Assembly: GCA_003427395.1 (NCBI GenBank)
Contig: BFEA01000008.1
Span: 6,723,808 to 6,787,807 of the forward strand
Direction of reading: 5' to 3'
Source: Chara braunii
Lineage: Eukaryota > Plantae > Charophyceae
Length of the DNA: 64,000 bases
Below the pieces are notes generated by a model that was not told the DNA's origin, did not search any database, and saw only the letters and a list, made by a program, of their open reading frames with translations. Position 1 is the first letter of the stretch; each line of letters begins with the position of its first letter. A program made the translations under genes and the position numbers. This document shows positions 39,540 to 51,324 of the stretch, in pieces.

Positions 39540-40635
39540 GGGGATCCAGCGTTCTGGATCCGCCGGACCCATTCCCCGTGGGAGGGGGGTCCGACGTTAT
39601 GGAAACGCCGGATCTCCTCCCAGCCAAAGGGGCAGAAGGGGGGGTGGTCCGGCATTCCGAATCCACCGGACCCTCTTCCCCGTGGAAGGGAGTCCGCCGC
39701 TCCGGAGTCCTCCCCCCCCTTTGAAATGGGAGGGGGTCCGACGTTCTGGATCCGTCGGACCCTCTTCCCCGTAGCCGGACCCCCCTCCAAATCCAGTGCG
39801 GCGAGGTTGGGGTTCGCCTCCACCCATATCCGCGTCTATGTTGGAGGGGGTCCGGGGTTCTGGATCCGAAGGACCCCTCCGTGAATTGGGAGGGGGTCCG
39901 ACGTTCCGAATCCGCCGGACCCATCCGTGAATTGGGAGGAGGTCCTGCGTTTCGGATACACCGGACCCTCTTCCCCGTCTGGGGTCCGGCATTCTGGATC
40001 CGCCGGACCCCCCTTCTGCCCAAAGCGGCGGGGTTGGGGTCCGGGTCCTCCCATGTCCGCGTGTATGTTGGAGGGGGTCCGGCGTTCCGGATCCACCGAA
40101 CCCCTTTGTGAATTGGGAGGGGGTCCGGTGTTCCGGACTCGGATCCGCCGGACCCCTTTTTCAAATGGGAGAGGGGTTTAGCCTTTCGGATCCGCTGGAC
40201 CCCCTTTGTGGGTGGGAGGGGGTTCGGCGTGTCCGATTCGTCGTCCTATTGCTTTCAGAATTCCCCTTTATTACCGACTGGTTTGGGAGGCCCGGGCTTC
40301 CTGCCTTGTAGCGGGTATCCATTTGCAGTCCACCAATTCGGGCACCTTGCGCCCCTTTGTCCAAGGGAGGGGTCCGGCGGTCCAGATCCGCCGGATCCCC
40401 TTTTCGAATGGGAGAGAGGTCTGGCATTTAGGATCCGTCGGACCCCCGTCGTGGGTGGGAGGGGGTTCGGCGTGTCCGATTCGTCGGCCCATTGCTTTCG
40501 GTCGTCCCTTTTATTACTGACCGGTTCTAGAGGTCAGTCCTTTCCTGCCCGACATTCTGGATCTGTTTGCAGTTTACCGATTCGGGCCCCCTGCTCCCCA
40601 TTGTCGAAGGGAGGGGTCCGGCGTTCCGGATCGCC
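39540..40635. repeat. Array of ~15 GC-rich palindromic ~30-bp units separated by short linkers
   Basis: Consensus GGGTCCGGCG-TTCYGGATC-CGCCGGACCC. Confidence 0.9.
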
Positions 40636-40862
40636 ACACATCCACACTTCGTGGGAATGCGTGCTTTCCTCGCAGCTGGGAACGGGATGGGGTAAGGCGT
40701 TCTGAGAACGCTGAGCCCTCTACTTGATGCGTTAAGGGGACGACTCCAGCGCGTCCGTGCAACAATTTTCTTCCTCAGAGTCTGTACGACGAGACCCTTC
40801 TCACGTTTCTTTTTGTTTCGGTTTCTGGTGTTATGTCCTCCCACAGTTCATTTCCATCTATG

Positions 40863-41388
40863 TTCAACAGAAAATTTTTCGAGAATTAAATAATCATTCT
40901 AAAGTAAAATTACATTCTAAATTTTAAATTTTCATTCCATCTTAAAAAATTTCATTCCAATTTTAAAATTTTCCGTCTTACTTGAAAACTTTCTTTCCAA
41001 GAATGGAGTATCCCTTCTTATTTAAACTGTATGTTAGAGATGGAATGAAAGTCAGGATGAGTTCATGAAATATTTTAATTGGATTGTTATTCTTAGTAAG
41101 ATTTCCAGTAATAAATAGGTTAATGCAATCTAAATTAGAAAATATTTGTTGTAGTAAAATAAAAATTTAATTAAAACATTTCATAAACTCGTCCAGACTT
41201 TCATTCCGTCTTGAACAAATAGATATAGTTGCAAGGGAAAGCTTATATTTAGACGAGAGCTTGTCGAATAAAACTGAAAATTTTAGAATTGGACGAACAT
41301 TGGAATTATAATTTATAAATATGAAGGATTTTTTTTTTATGCAATGTTTTTTCAACTTCCATTTCTCATGGGAATTTTTTTATTGTTC
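40863..41388 (-). mobile_element. AT-rich ~520-bp MITE-like repeat, copy 1
   Basis: Inverted homologue of 43163-43645; its ends show imperfect TIRs (caacagaaaattt / aatttttttattgtt). Confidence 0.7.
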
Positions 41389-41989
41389 AAGACTCAATGA
41401 AAAGCGAAATGGTCAGTTGTTACTACGGTTTTCTACCATCTTTGCAGACTCTTTGCACGCTCGTGTCTGATGCTCCAGAAAACTTTTGTGAGAGCCGATT
41501 TTCATTGTTTGTCATCACACCATTGAAACATGGTCACCCTGCATGCCGTGGTGATAGCATGCCAGAGTCCCAAACGACGCACACGTCACCGGTCGATGTT
41601 ATCTTCCAATATCAACTTCGTGCGGTGTTCTCGCCTTGATGATATCATCAACGACGTTGTCTGCTTGCCTTCTACTGCCAACACAGGTCCAACGTGTGGG
41701 TCTCCTCATCCTTCTGTTTGGGGAATTTCGCCACCGGCCACTGACACCGATGACCGATATGTCCCCATGAACATGCTATCGTTATCATCACGTGAAGGCA
41801 ACAAATGAGGGGGGTTTGAGGTTGCTAGTTCGTCGGACGTCGACTTGCAAGTCGGAGAAGACACCACAATATCTGCCTTGTCTATGTTGTGTGGTGCAGA
41901 AAGAAAGAGAAAATGCACGTACAGACTCAGAAAAAGAAGTGTTTTGGCATTCGCCTCCACTTTCGAACGTAGATGTAATGTAGATAAGT

Positions 41990-43160
41990 GCGAGGTTGTC
42001 CTCCACAAAACATGTTGCAAGACATATCAATGTCTTTCTAAACTAAGAGGAGAGGACATGATGAAGTGTAGACGTGACTACCGCGTTCTCAAAGGGAAGG
42101 ATGATAGGCGGAAGTGGTGGATAGCGAAACTCCAAAACTTTATTTCGTGAGTAAAGCATATGCCGACAGTCAAACTGATAGTGCAGTTGCACCCTGTATG
42201 CATCACTGCTTGGTGTCTTGTATTGAGCATTGGTCGAAACACGTTCAAAAAACACAATAATGACCTCAACGATGGAACAATCGACGCTCTTCATGGCGAC
42301 GACGGTCGTTCGCGGACAACAACCACCTACGCCATTACATGGTCGGCGTTGAAGGACATAATCTTGGACGAGTCTGATCCCATGCCAGATCAGACTGAGA
42401 CAGACCCGAACTTCGAGATAAGAAATCACATTCAGCTTACGTCGGTGTATGCCACAAAGAAAAACATTTTCCACAATATTCGTAGAGACTTTCCAAACTT
42501 GGTGCATGTTGCTCGTCCTATCAGGTCTTCTGCAAGATGTGGAAAGACTCCTTCTGGCATGGTCGCCTGACAAGGGTGACAGACCACGCGAGATGCAATG
42601 AGTGCATAAAAAATAGCATCCTCATAAAGGGTGCTCTGCCCAAGCTGAGACGAGCGCTTGTCGCAAAACAGAAAAGACACATTGCATTACATTCCGCACA
42701 CCCGTCGAGTCGGAACACAAAAAATAAAACAGTCTGTGTATCATCATCGATGATATAGATCAAGTGAAAACAACGATTCCCCATGCATCAAGGAGACGAT
42801 TGTCAAAAAAAATGTCAAAGAACACGATGATGAAAACAAATTTCACTGGATAATAGCGCACGGTAGGACACCATCGCTCTTTGTCCACACATGATACCTG
42901 TACTTGTCGCACGGGTCAAACTCAGTTGTCACCTTTATCGCCAAAGTGTTGAGAGATGTTCATGGACGCGAAGGGGCATTCCCACCGACATTGCGGGTAC
43001 AGGCAAACAACTGTGGGGAATAAAACAAAAACAAGTATGTGTTCGCCTTCATGGTCATGCTTGTCAAATTTCGTATATTCGAGGTCGTCGAAATAAGGTT
43101 CATGATAATGGCTCACACACACATAGACATAGATGCGAAGTTCAACTTATTCACGAAACA
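41990..43160 (+). pseudogene. Decayed Sola-like DDE transposase (probable further remnants at ~43900-44400)
   Basis: Motifs across frames: VCITAWCLVLSIGRNTF, DPMPD, RCNEC, IIIDDIDQVKTTIPH, FTGIIAHG, GSNSVVTFI, LRVQANNCGE*NKNKYVFAF, FMIMAHTHIDIDAKF. Confidence 0.75.
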
Positions 43161-43162
43161 AT

Positions 43163-43645
43163 CAACAGAAAAATTCCCACGAGAAATGAAAGTTGAAAAA
43201 ACATTCCTTAAAAAAAAAATCCTTTATATTTATAAATTATCATTCCAATGTTCGTCCAAATTTACAATTTTATTTGATAAATTATCATCTAAATATGAGT
43301 TTTCTCTTCCAACTACATCTATTTGTTCAAGATGGAATGAAAGTATGAACGAGTTTATGAAATGTTTTAATTCAACTTTCATTCTCTTACAACAAATATC
43401 TTCTGATTTATATTGGATTAACCTATTTATGACTGAAAATCCTTACTTAGAATGAAAGTCCAATTAAAATATTTCATGAACTTATCTAGACTTTCCTTCC
43501 ATTTCTAGCATGCAGTTCAAATAAGAAGGGATACCCCATTTTTGGAAGAAAAATTTTCAAATAAGACAAAAAAAAATTAAAATTTGAATGACATTTTTTA
43601 AGATGGAATGAAATTTTAAAATTTAAAATGTAATTTTACTAGAAA
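43163..43645 (+). mobile_element. AT-rich MITE-like repeat, copy 2 (inverted, one end truncated), inserted in the transposase
   Basis: Reverse-complement match to ~40900-41385. Confidence 0.7.
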
Positions 43646-46337
43646 AAGTGAGAGTCTGAAACTGGTCATGTGTATTGGTTTAAAAGGGATACACACAACG
43701 GGCGGGCAGGGTCTGAATGAGGTTTTCAGCCTTACCACGAGTCGCCTAACCCACAGGCAGACGATTTTGTGAACGAAATGGTTGGAGTGCGTATTCTTCA
43801 TAAAACGTAGGAAAATTCACAAATCCGAAGGGAGACGTAAGACAAACACACAAGGGAGATGAAATGTAGATGCTTGAGTTAGTGGACCAATCATCTCAAG
43901 TAGTTCGAAAACATATTGCAAAAGGAGAGCAATACGGTGTTCGTTCAAGGTGCCTTCTGGCCAGCACGAATGCCTCATAAACAAGACTTCCCATCAGTTG
44001 CGCCACATGTTCTAGACTCGCCGACAAGGAAACTTTGCTTCCTCGGTTACAAGAGAGACGCTCGGAAACCGGAGTTCAAGCCACATGAGTCCGTCGACAT
44101 CAACAACTTCGTCGTCTTCTGCACACCCGACGAGTATGTTGCAAAGGGATGCACATTATAGATTAAACGTATTATGGAGCGGGATGATAATCGGATTCGC
44201 GTCAAGGACTAGGCACCTTGTGGAAGGGAGCGAGACTTAGCAAAGTTGTATGCAATCGCATGGGCAAAGGCATGGAAGGCCGAAACGGAATTTGATGATG
44301 GCTGACAAAACTTTGACGTCGTTGTGTGGGCATGAGCCAAGAATAAACGCTCTCAGACAACTATGCGGATCCCTAAGAGGGAGGCTTTCAATGCACATTT
44401 GTCGCTGGTCGTACCTTATAAGATGTCTGCATTAACGCAAGATATGAGATCTTCTTCAGACATATTTGTGTAGACGTGATGGGGGAAGGAGTTTGGGTGG
44501 GGATCACCTATTCAATACGAACAACATACAACACACCGCTAATTGTTCGATTGGAATGCATTTTTCTCACTTTTTCGTTGTTTTAAGAATGTTCATATCG
44601 TCGGAGTGGAAGCGCAATGAGAAATGGGGGATGCCGGTGGAATGGGAGGACCTCCTCTCATGGAAAACAAAAACGCAAATGAGGGTTGTCGGTGTGGAGA
44701 CGATCGATTGATCGACATAGGAGCCATCGCTTGAGCTGTGGTACGACGAGGAGCGACTAAAAGTTTACAACCTTGCCAAAACGGTTGAGCCTGATGCAAT
44801 CAATGAAAGGCAAGGCACCGACAAATGGACCAAAGCGTTCTACGGGTTGGAGTTTGTTCACATGCAGGGGGAGAATGAGCATAACGGATCAGTGACATGC
44901 GTGACGTTTTGTTCAAACGGTGGCCGGATACGGTGTGCAACATGGATTGAACGAACGAAGGTGTCGTTGACGGACGAAAAGAGCAACATGCAAAGGGCGA
45001 CGTTGAAGCATGTCAAGCATCTATGCAACGAAATCAAAGACGCAATGTTACTCTTTATCAACGAAAGGTCGAGAATCACCATTCACGTGGCGACGACTTT
45101 AATCACATACCACAATGACGATGAAAAAAGACAGAAACTAAAAAAAACTAACACAATAATAAACTTCAATATTGTCAATCATATTCGGCGACGGAAAAAT
45201 GGCAAACGGAACAACTTGCAGTCCGTCTTGCGTCAGTGTCCGCATTAACTGGTGTTCCGCAACCACACTAATCACTCTCTAATAACCTGCATATGCGTGC
45301 GAGGAATGACAATGACTCACACCACTTAAGAAAGCAGTGTGTTCTATTTCATACTTCACCCCTAGTTGTGATGTTTATTTTTTTTTTCAACCCTACAATA
45401 TGGACCTAGAATGGATGTTGGGACAGAGACGGCATAAGAAGTGGAGAATGTCGATAAAATAGGCGGACAAGACATCCGAGCGACTAAAAAGACATTGTAA
45501 CGCCATCGGCCTTATCACGTGGGATTTTTTTTATTACGAACCATCACTGAACTTATATCCTCGCAGTGTAAGAAGAAAAATTTACAATCTCATGAAGGTA
45601 TGCAACCACAACAGTACTTACAGAAACGAAGAGATCGCAATGTACAAACAAGTATTATACGGTTACTGGTTTGTGTTTGTCAGGGTGACACACAAATGCA
45701 GCGCAACCGTTGCATGTGTTGATGTAAGCTATCGCCAAAGGCTGGCAGTATGTACAACCCATATATAGAGACACAAGATACCGCGAAGGGACGATTGAGA
45801 TTTGATGATGCGAGCGTACAAGCAGCACGTCAAACAATATTGTATTGACGAACGAGATGCAATGTTGGAATTCGTAGCTTGAAGAAGTGCCATCACAATC
45901 GGGATATTGTCAGTCATCATAAAAAAGCAAGAGTTGTAAGAGGTTCACCAGAAACACAAGAAAACAAAACTAACTACCAACTTCAACATCATGGACAGTG
46001 TACTCCGCCAAGCAAACGGGCAATGCAACAACCTTATTCACTTACGACGTTGTTGCACCTATTGACATAAGATTGTCAATGAGTCATTGCTTACAAGGTA
46101 GTTTCTTGCCATTGAGTTTTTCGTGCATTGAAGTTGGAGTAGGCGTTTCTATTTTTGTCATTAACTGTTTTAGGATTTTTTTCCCTTGTTGACAAGGTGG
46201 ATTTCCTTTAGGCAACTACACATTCAACATCATTTTTCAACAAACGATGTCATATTTTTTGTAGTGTAGACCATGTAGCATATGTCTCCAACTTGTGTAG
46301 ACGTTCATAGAGTGGGCTAATATATATATATATATAT

Positions 46338-46548
46338 TCCATCTGGTGTGGGTGAGTGATAGTCTACTTTGATTTTGGTTAAGGTGGATTATCACTTACA
46401 GTGTAATCAGTGAGGGGATTCTACAGACTGTTGAGGGTTCAGCCTCCTGATGAGTCGGTGAAACTCCGACGAAACAGTTCGTAACGGCCCCTCGTTTGTT
46501 GTCCTATTCTCCCTCTCTGCCTACGGTTTACCGGGCAGTTCTATTTGA

Positions 46549-46550
<2 letters not shown>
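46338..46550 (+). mobile_element. 213-bp hammerhead-bearing element inside a (TA)n tract
   Basis: Flanked by (TA)n on both sides; its 3' ~85 nt are homologous to 58884-58969 (minus strand). Confidence 0.8.
46412..46493 (+). ncRNA. Type III hammerhead ribozyme; predicted cleavage after GUU at 46432
   Basis: Stem I GAGG/CCTC (46433-36/46443-46); CUGAUGA 46447-53; stem II GTCGG/CCGAC (46454-58/46466-70); GAAA 46471-74; stem III TACAGACTG/CAGTTCGTA plus distal GAGGGG/CCCCTC. Confidence 0.9.
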
Positions 46551-46593
<43 letters not shown>

Positions 46594-49214
46594 GAGAGAG
46601 AGAGAGATAGTTAATCCTCTCTATGTAAACAATGTTAAAAAAAAAAACACGAGCAACATTGTTGTCTAAACATAATTTGAATTTTCAATGTTCACCCCTT
46701 ATTTTCAAATGATACTTTGAAAATGTAATATTTAGACAACCACGCCGCGGCGGGGGGGGGAAAGGGTGCAGGAGGGCAGGGGCAAAGGGGATGGGGAAAA
46801 GGGGAGGGCATTTACGGGGAGAACACAACACTTCAGTAAGAATTAAATACATGTCAGCAAACATAAGAATACCAAACAAACCAATGCAATAATGAAACAC
46901 CCCATATATATACTACCAGTCATATGTATTTTAGAGTATGGTATTCAATATGTTTCTCTAAACTTAACGCATTAGCCGAAAAAAAAACAGAAAATTCCGT
47001 GATTTTATACTGTGAAAGATATTAAATGTTAATCGATATGCTTGAAAAGTATAATAAAACCCATCATGAAGACCCCTATAGCTTCACATAATGGCAATGA
47101 AATTGTAACACCCCCCAAATTCTGTAAGAAAATGATGTAAAATTTATGGTCAACAGGACCACAAAATACAAACAAATGTGGGGTAACTCTAAGAAATCAA
47201 GTTAATAAAACATAAAAAATCACCAAAATCATTGTGAAAAGGACAATTTCGATTTCGTTCAAAAAATATAAAGTGTTCATTTTGTCGAAATCACTGTTAC
47301 TTCGCATCGGGATTCCCAGTAAAACTACCTGATCAAGTTGTCCTTTGGGGGTCTGCAAATATACTGCTTCACAACTTTTTCGGTGAAAACTTTTTTTAAG
47401 AGAACCTGTCAGGATGCAGACCCCTGCTAAACCCTGACCACCGCAAGTCTTCGAGAAGGGACGGCCGCTCCAAGGGCAACCACAAGAACCAGGATTACAG
47501 GCAGTACGACGCAAGAAGGGATGATGAAGATAGAACAAACAAGTCTCACAAGGATTGATCCCCAGAGCAGTATGGCAGATAAACTCGCCAGCCTGAGGCA
47601 TCTGTCCTCCTGCCCGGATACTAGCAAGGTTTTTAACTACCTCTTAATGACACATAATTGACTTTGGCAGTCGTAGAAATTCGAAGTTGCCTCTTTATCA
47701 CAACATCGGCAGGAATGGAGCAGCATGTTAAAGAGCTCAACCAGGAGGTCATCAAGGAATGTCCTGTACTGGATCTGAAGAGGGGTGAAGATGAACTTCG
47801 TAGGCACCAAGCACAACGATACAGAGAAGGTGAGAAAGGTGCATAAAATGATGAAATTGGTGAAAAGAGCACTCACTTGCAGAGAACCACCTGCGGTTCA
47901 ATTCCCTCCTTATGAACAATTCCCTTCTTATGAACAATTCCCTTATAACTTCAACTTCATTTAGGAGGTTGTCACTTCTCTCCTAAATCGGGGAGTTATT
48001 TCATAAACAGTAAACCCCCGGGTCGTAAGCCAAATACGGGGCCCCACTTTGGGAAATGCTTTTATCATTTCCCAATGTGGACGCCCACCAAAGAACGAGC
48101 TCTCGAGGTACCCGTATAACGAGGCTTGTACGCTAGTCTCTCAACCGGGGCTGAATGGGGAACTCATTCAGCAACAGTGCCCACGTCCATTATCTTATCA
48201 AGTTGCTCTAGTACAGAATGTTATTCCTCGCATGAGGTAAGATATAAAAGGACTTGGGGTGGCCAAGAGATATATCGAGAGAGGTGGTAGGATGAAAGTC
48301 TCGTGAGTACGTAAAAAAAAGAAGAAAACAACATCACATTTACACTCGCCCCACCCTTAAAGCCTCCCTTTTTTTTTTTATAATGGGAAACAAATACTCC
48401 AATCTATTCGTGGGGAGCAAAACGTGCTGGGAACCGGACCCAACATCCTATCTGGGAAAGTGTACAAAACAAATTGAGATACGAGGACCATAACCTGACT
48501 TCAACGGAAAGGAGCATGAATATTAACGAGAAAAACTACTGAGATATCCAACAAAACCAAGAAGCATGCCGAATACCAAAATACCCCACGCCTACTCAGC
48601 AGACAAAAACGACAAAAGTTATTCTGATTTGAAAACCAGGATTCTACCAGGTCTCATACCCCCAACATGCATGCTAGGTTAACTTACATCATTGCAGCAC
48701 GACCCACCCCTACTCCCGACAACTTGAGCCGACAGCAACCCATGGTTAGCCACTGGAATGCCCACCCAAAGCAATTCGGAATCCCATATCTCTCTACCAG
48801 GCCTCACTCTCCCGCCAACAACAGGTTATAGGGCAATGCCCCAGCACCGACCAGCATCGTTCTGGCATCAGCCATCCATGAACCTCTGAATGTAATAGAG
48901 TTAGCACGACGTTGAATGAACTACCGAAGACCAGCAGAGTCCCTTGACGTCTCCGTCCCTGCGATAACCACAAAAAACAGACACTCCCTAATGCGCCTGA
49001 GCAGTAATTAATAATCAGGGGTCACTTCAGTAGAGTTACAAAAACAAGTTATAATACCACTATAGGGCAAGATAAAGTTTGACAATTGCACTTCGGACAC
49101 TCTACCTGGCCAAAAAGCTGGGTTCTATACATTGCCCGAACTGCAATTCGAAACTGTCTCTTGGCCCATACTGCAATTATAACTCATTTTTACGACTGTT
49201 GCGTAGTTTTCCCT

Positions 49215-49316
49215 ATTAATTAATTGCATAGTTAACACTATTTTACCAACTCCGGGACCACCAAATACTAATCCAATTTTGCCACCTTTACGATAAGGTG
49301 CCAAAAGATCTACCAC
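49215..49316 (-). pseudogene. atpB: ATP synthase beta-subunit fragment (Walker A region), probable NUPT
   Basis: [34 protein letters not shown] versus conserved [33 protein letters not shown]; AT-rich codons. Confidence 0.85.
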
Positions 49317-51324
49317 CGGACAGTCCAGAGAAGTAAGTTTATTGAATTTCTCTCTTAGCATCGTCATGCCCTCGACCACCGGTTGACCCTTGGAATGCCC
49401 ACCCCAAAGCATCCTAAGATCTTTCTACAAGGCCTCACGCTCTCACCAACAGCAGGTTACAAGGCAACACCCCAACAACAACCAGAATTGTTTTGGCATC
49501 GACCATCCATCGGTATGTAATGATAACAGCAACAGAGCAACATCGGATGAGTTGCTGGATACCCTTAGGATCATGACTTTCAAGCTCTTAAGATGATATA
49601 CTGGTGGTGATTAACACACCAGGACCCCCCATTACTCGACAAGACTTATTGTAACCGAACCACCATCTTCATGGCTGCTATGCCCTATTTCCCTCCTACC
49701 AGCTAGCCCCATCACCAGCAAGACACGTGACATCCAACCAATTACCAACCCCACTTAGCTCGAGCTACGAAGAACAGTCTCCCGTTCCAACTCAAAGGAC
49801 CTGAACCCCAAACAACACTCACCCCTACCTATGCGACCCCAACAAAGAGGGGCAAGCATGAGTAAACACCTTCCACAACCTAAATCCTTGGTATGCTCTT
49901 CTTTGACCAGCACAAAGATCAAAACTCAGGGGATGACCATTCGAGTATTTGAGAAACAAATGGAAATTGTTGGGGATGACCCAAACAATATCAATGCAGA
50001 GAGGTGCGACTTTTAAGCCTCTTATGTGACGGACCCGCCGGGATGGCGGTCCGTCAGGATAAAGACGGAGGGTTGAGGAAGGAGGACATGGAGATGGAGC
50101 TGGAAGGGACAACGCAACTCCGATGCAGACTCAACCGTGACACGCACGTACTCCGGAATGTGCAGAATGAAGAATGACATGAAAACAGACTGCAGCTGGG
50201 GTATACCCCCAGCAGACTGACTGGACTAGACTGGGGTGGCCTGGTACCGACAGTGGTACCGGGCAGGACTGGACATGACCGAAATAGCACACGGCCTGTG
50301 GGGTCAGGCCACGGCCTGGTCCCACAGGCCGAACAGGCAAATAGTCTGATAGGCCCTGGCTGTAGGCCAGGGCAGATAGAGGCCCGCTGCATGATCCTTA
50401 GATGTGTAGTGGATTGCACGAGCCATAAACACGCTATCCGCAAAAACAAGGAAAGATGAAAAATCTAGGATTCGGAACAAACTCCATGTGGAGTCCATGT
50501 CATGCAGCCTAAGCTACATAATGTCAAATGAAAAGCAATTGTCTGGTGTACACATCCTAACTAACAACAAAAAATGAAATGTAGCAAAAATAGAATCCTA
50601 AAGTCCTGGAGGCAATTGCCTCAGTGCTAAAAGGAAAAGATAGCAATATGTCACAAGTAATGTGATGTCGCTGAACCACTAAGAGTGCGATGGTCGCAGA
50701 GGGGGTGAATTTAACCTAAGAATAAAAACTCCTATGGCCAGTCACACATGAAGGTGGGATAGGTCATCAGACTCACGTGAGGGAGTGGTAGCGAAGCAAA
50801 AGCAATGACCCTAACAGATAGATCATCAAGGCAGGTAATGCTCGATGAAAGGGTGACACCATGCAAGGTCGACCATAAAAGGGGAGTCTGGAATAGGGTG
50901 GACATATGCCTAACTGAAGGCATGCAATAGCCGAAACTAGGGTGATGAGGGATGCAGTGGGTGAGAGAAACATGCACACAACTCATCGACTTCGGGAGGG
51001 AGTTAGATCTGGGAGCAGGGAAGCCAAGATAATGCTACGTTCTCAATGCCTATGCGATACCAAGGGAGAGCCCAACTCACGGAGACCCAACTAACTGAGA
51101 ACAATCATGCGACACATGCAAAGGAATAAAGGGTAAAGTGGTGGCGTGAAGTAGTCACGTCCAAAGTAACTAAAGTCGATAAGGTAGCTGAAGTCGTCGA
51201 AGTGGTCGATGACGTCGATAAAGTAGGAATCGAGTCGATGTCGAAGCAGAGCCACAAAACGCTGACATCCTGAAAAAGCTAATGATGGAGTGAGTCAAAA
51301 AGGAGAAGGTAGATGATCAGAGTG

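Noticed and set aside
39540-40635. CRISPR array
   Set aside because: Eukaryotic context, linkers that are repeated and irregular in length, and no cas genes.
46433-46493. Alternative type I hammerhead fold cleaving at GTA 46481-46483
   Set aside because: The two core-proximal stem I pairs would be mismatched; the type III fold is much better paired.
47400-47850. Short coding-like fragment, possibly gag-derived
   Set aside because: No diagnostic motif; it cannot be assigned from the sequence alone.
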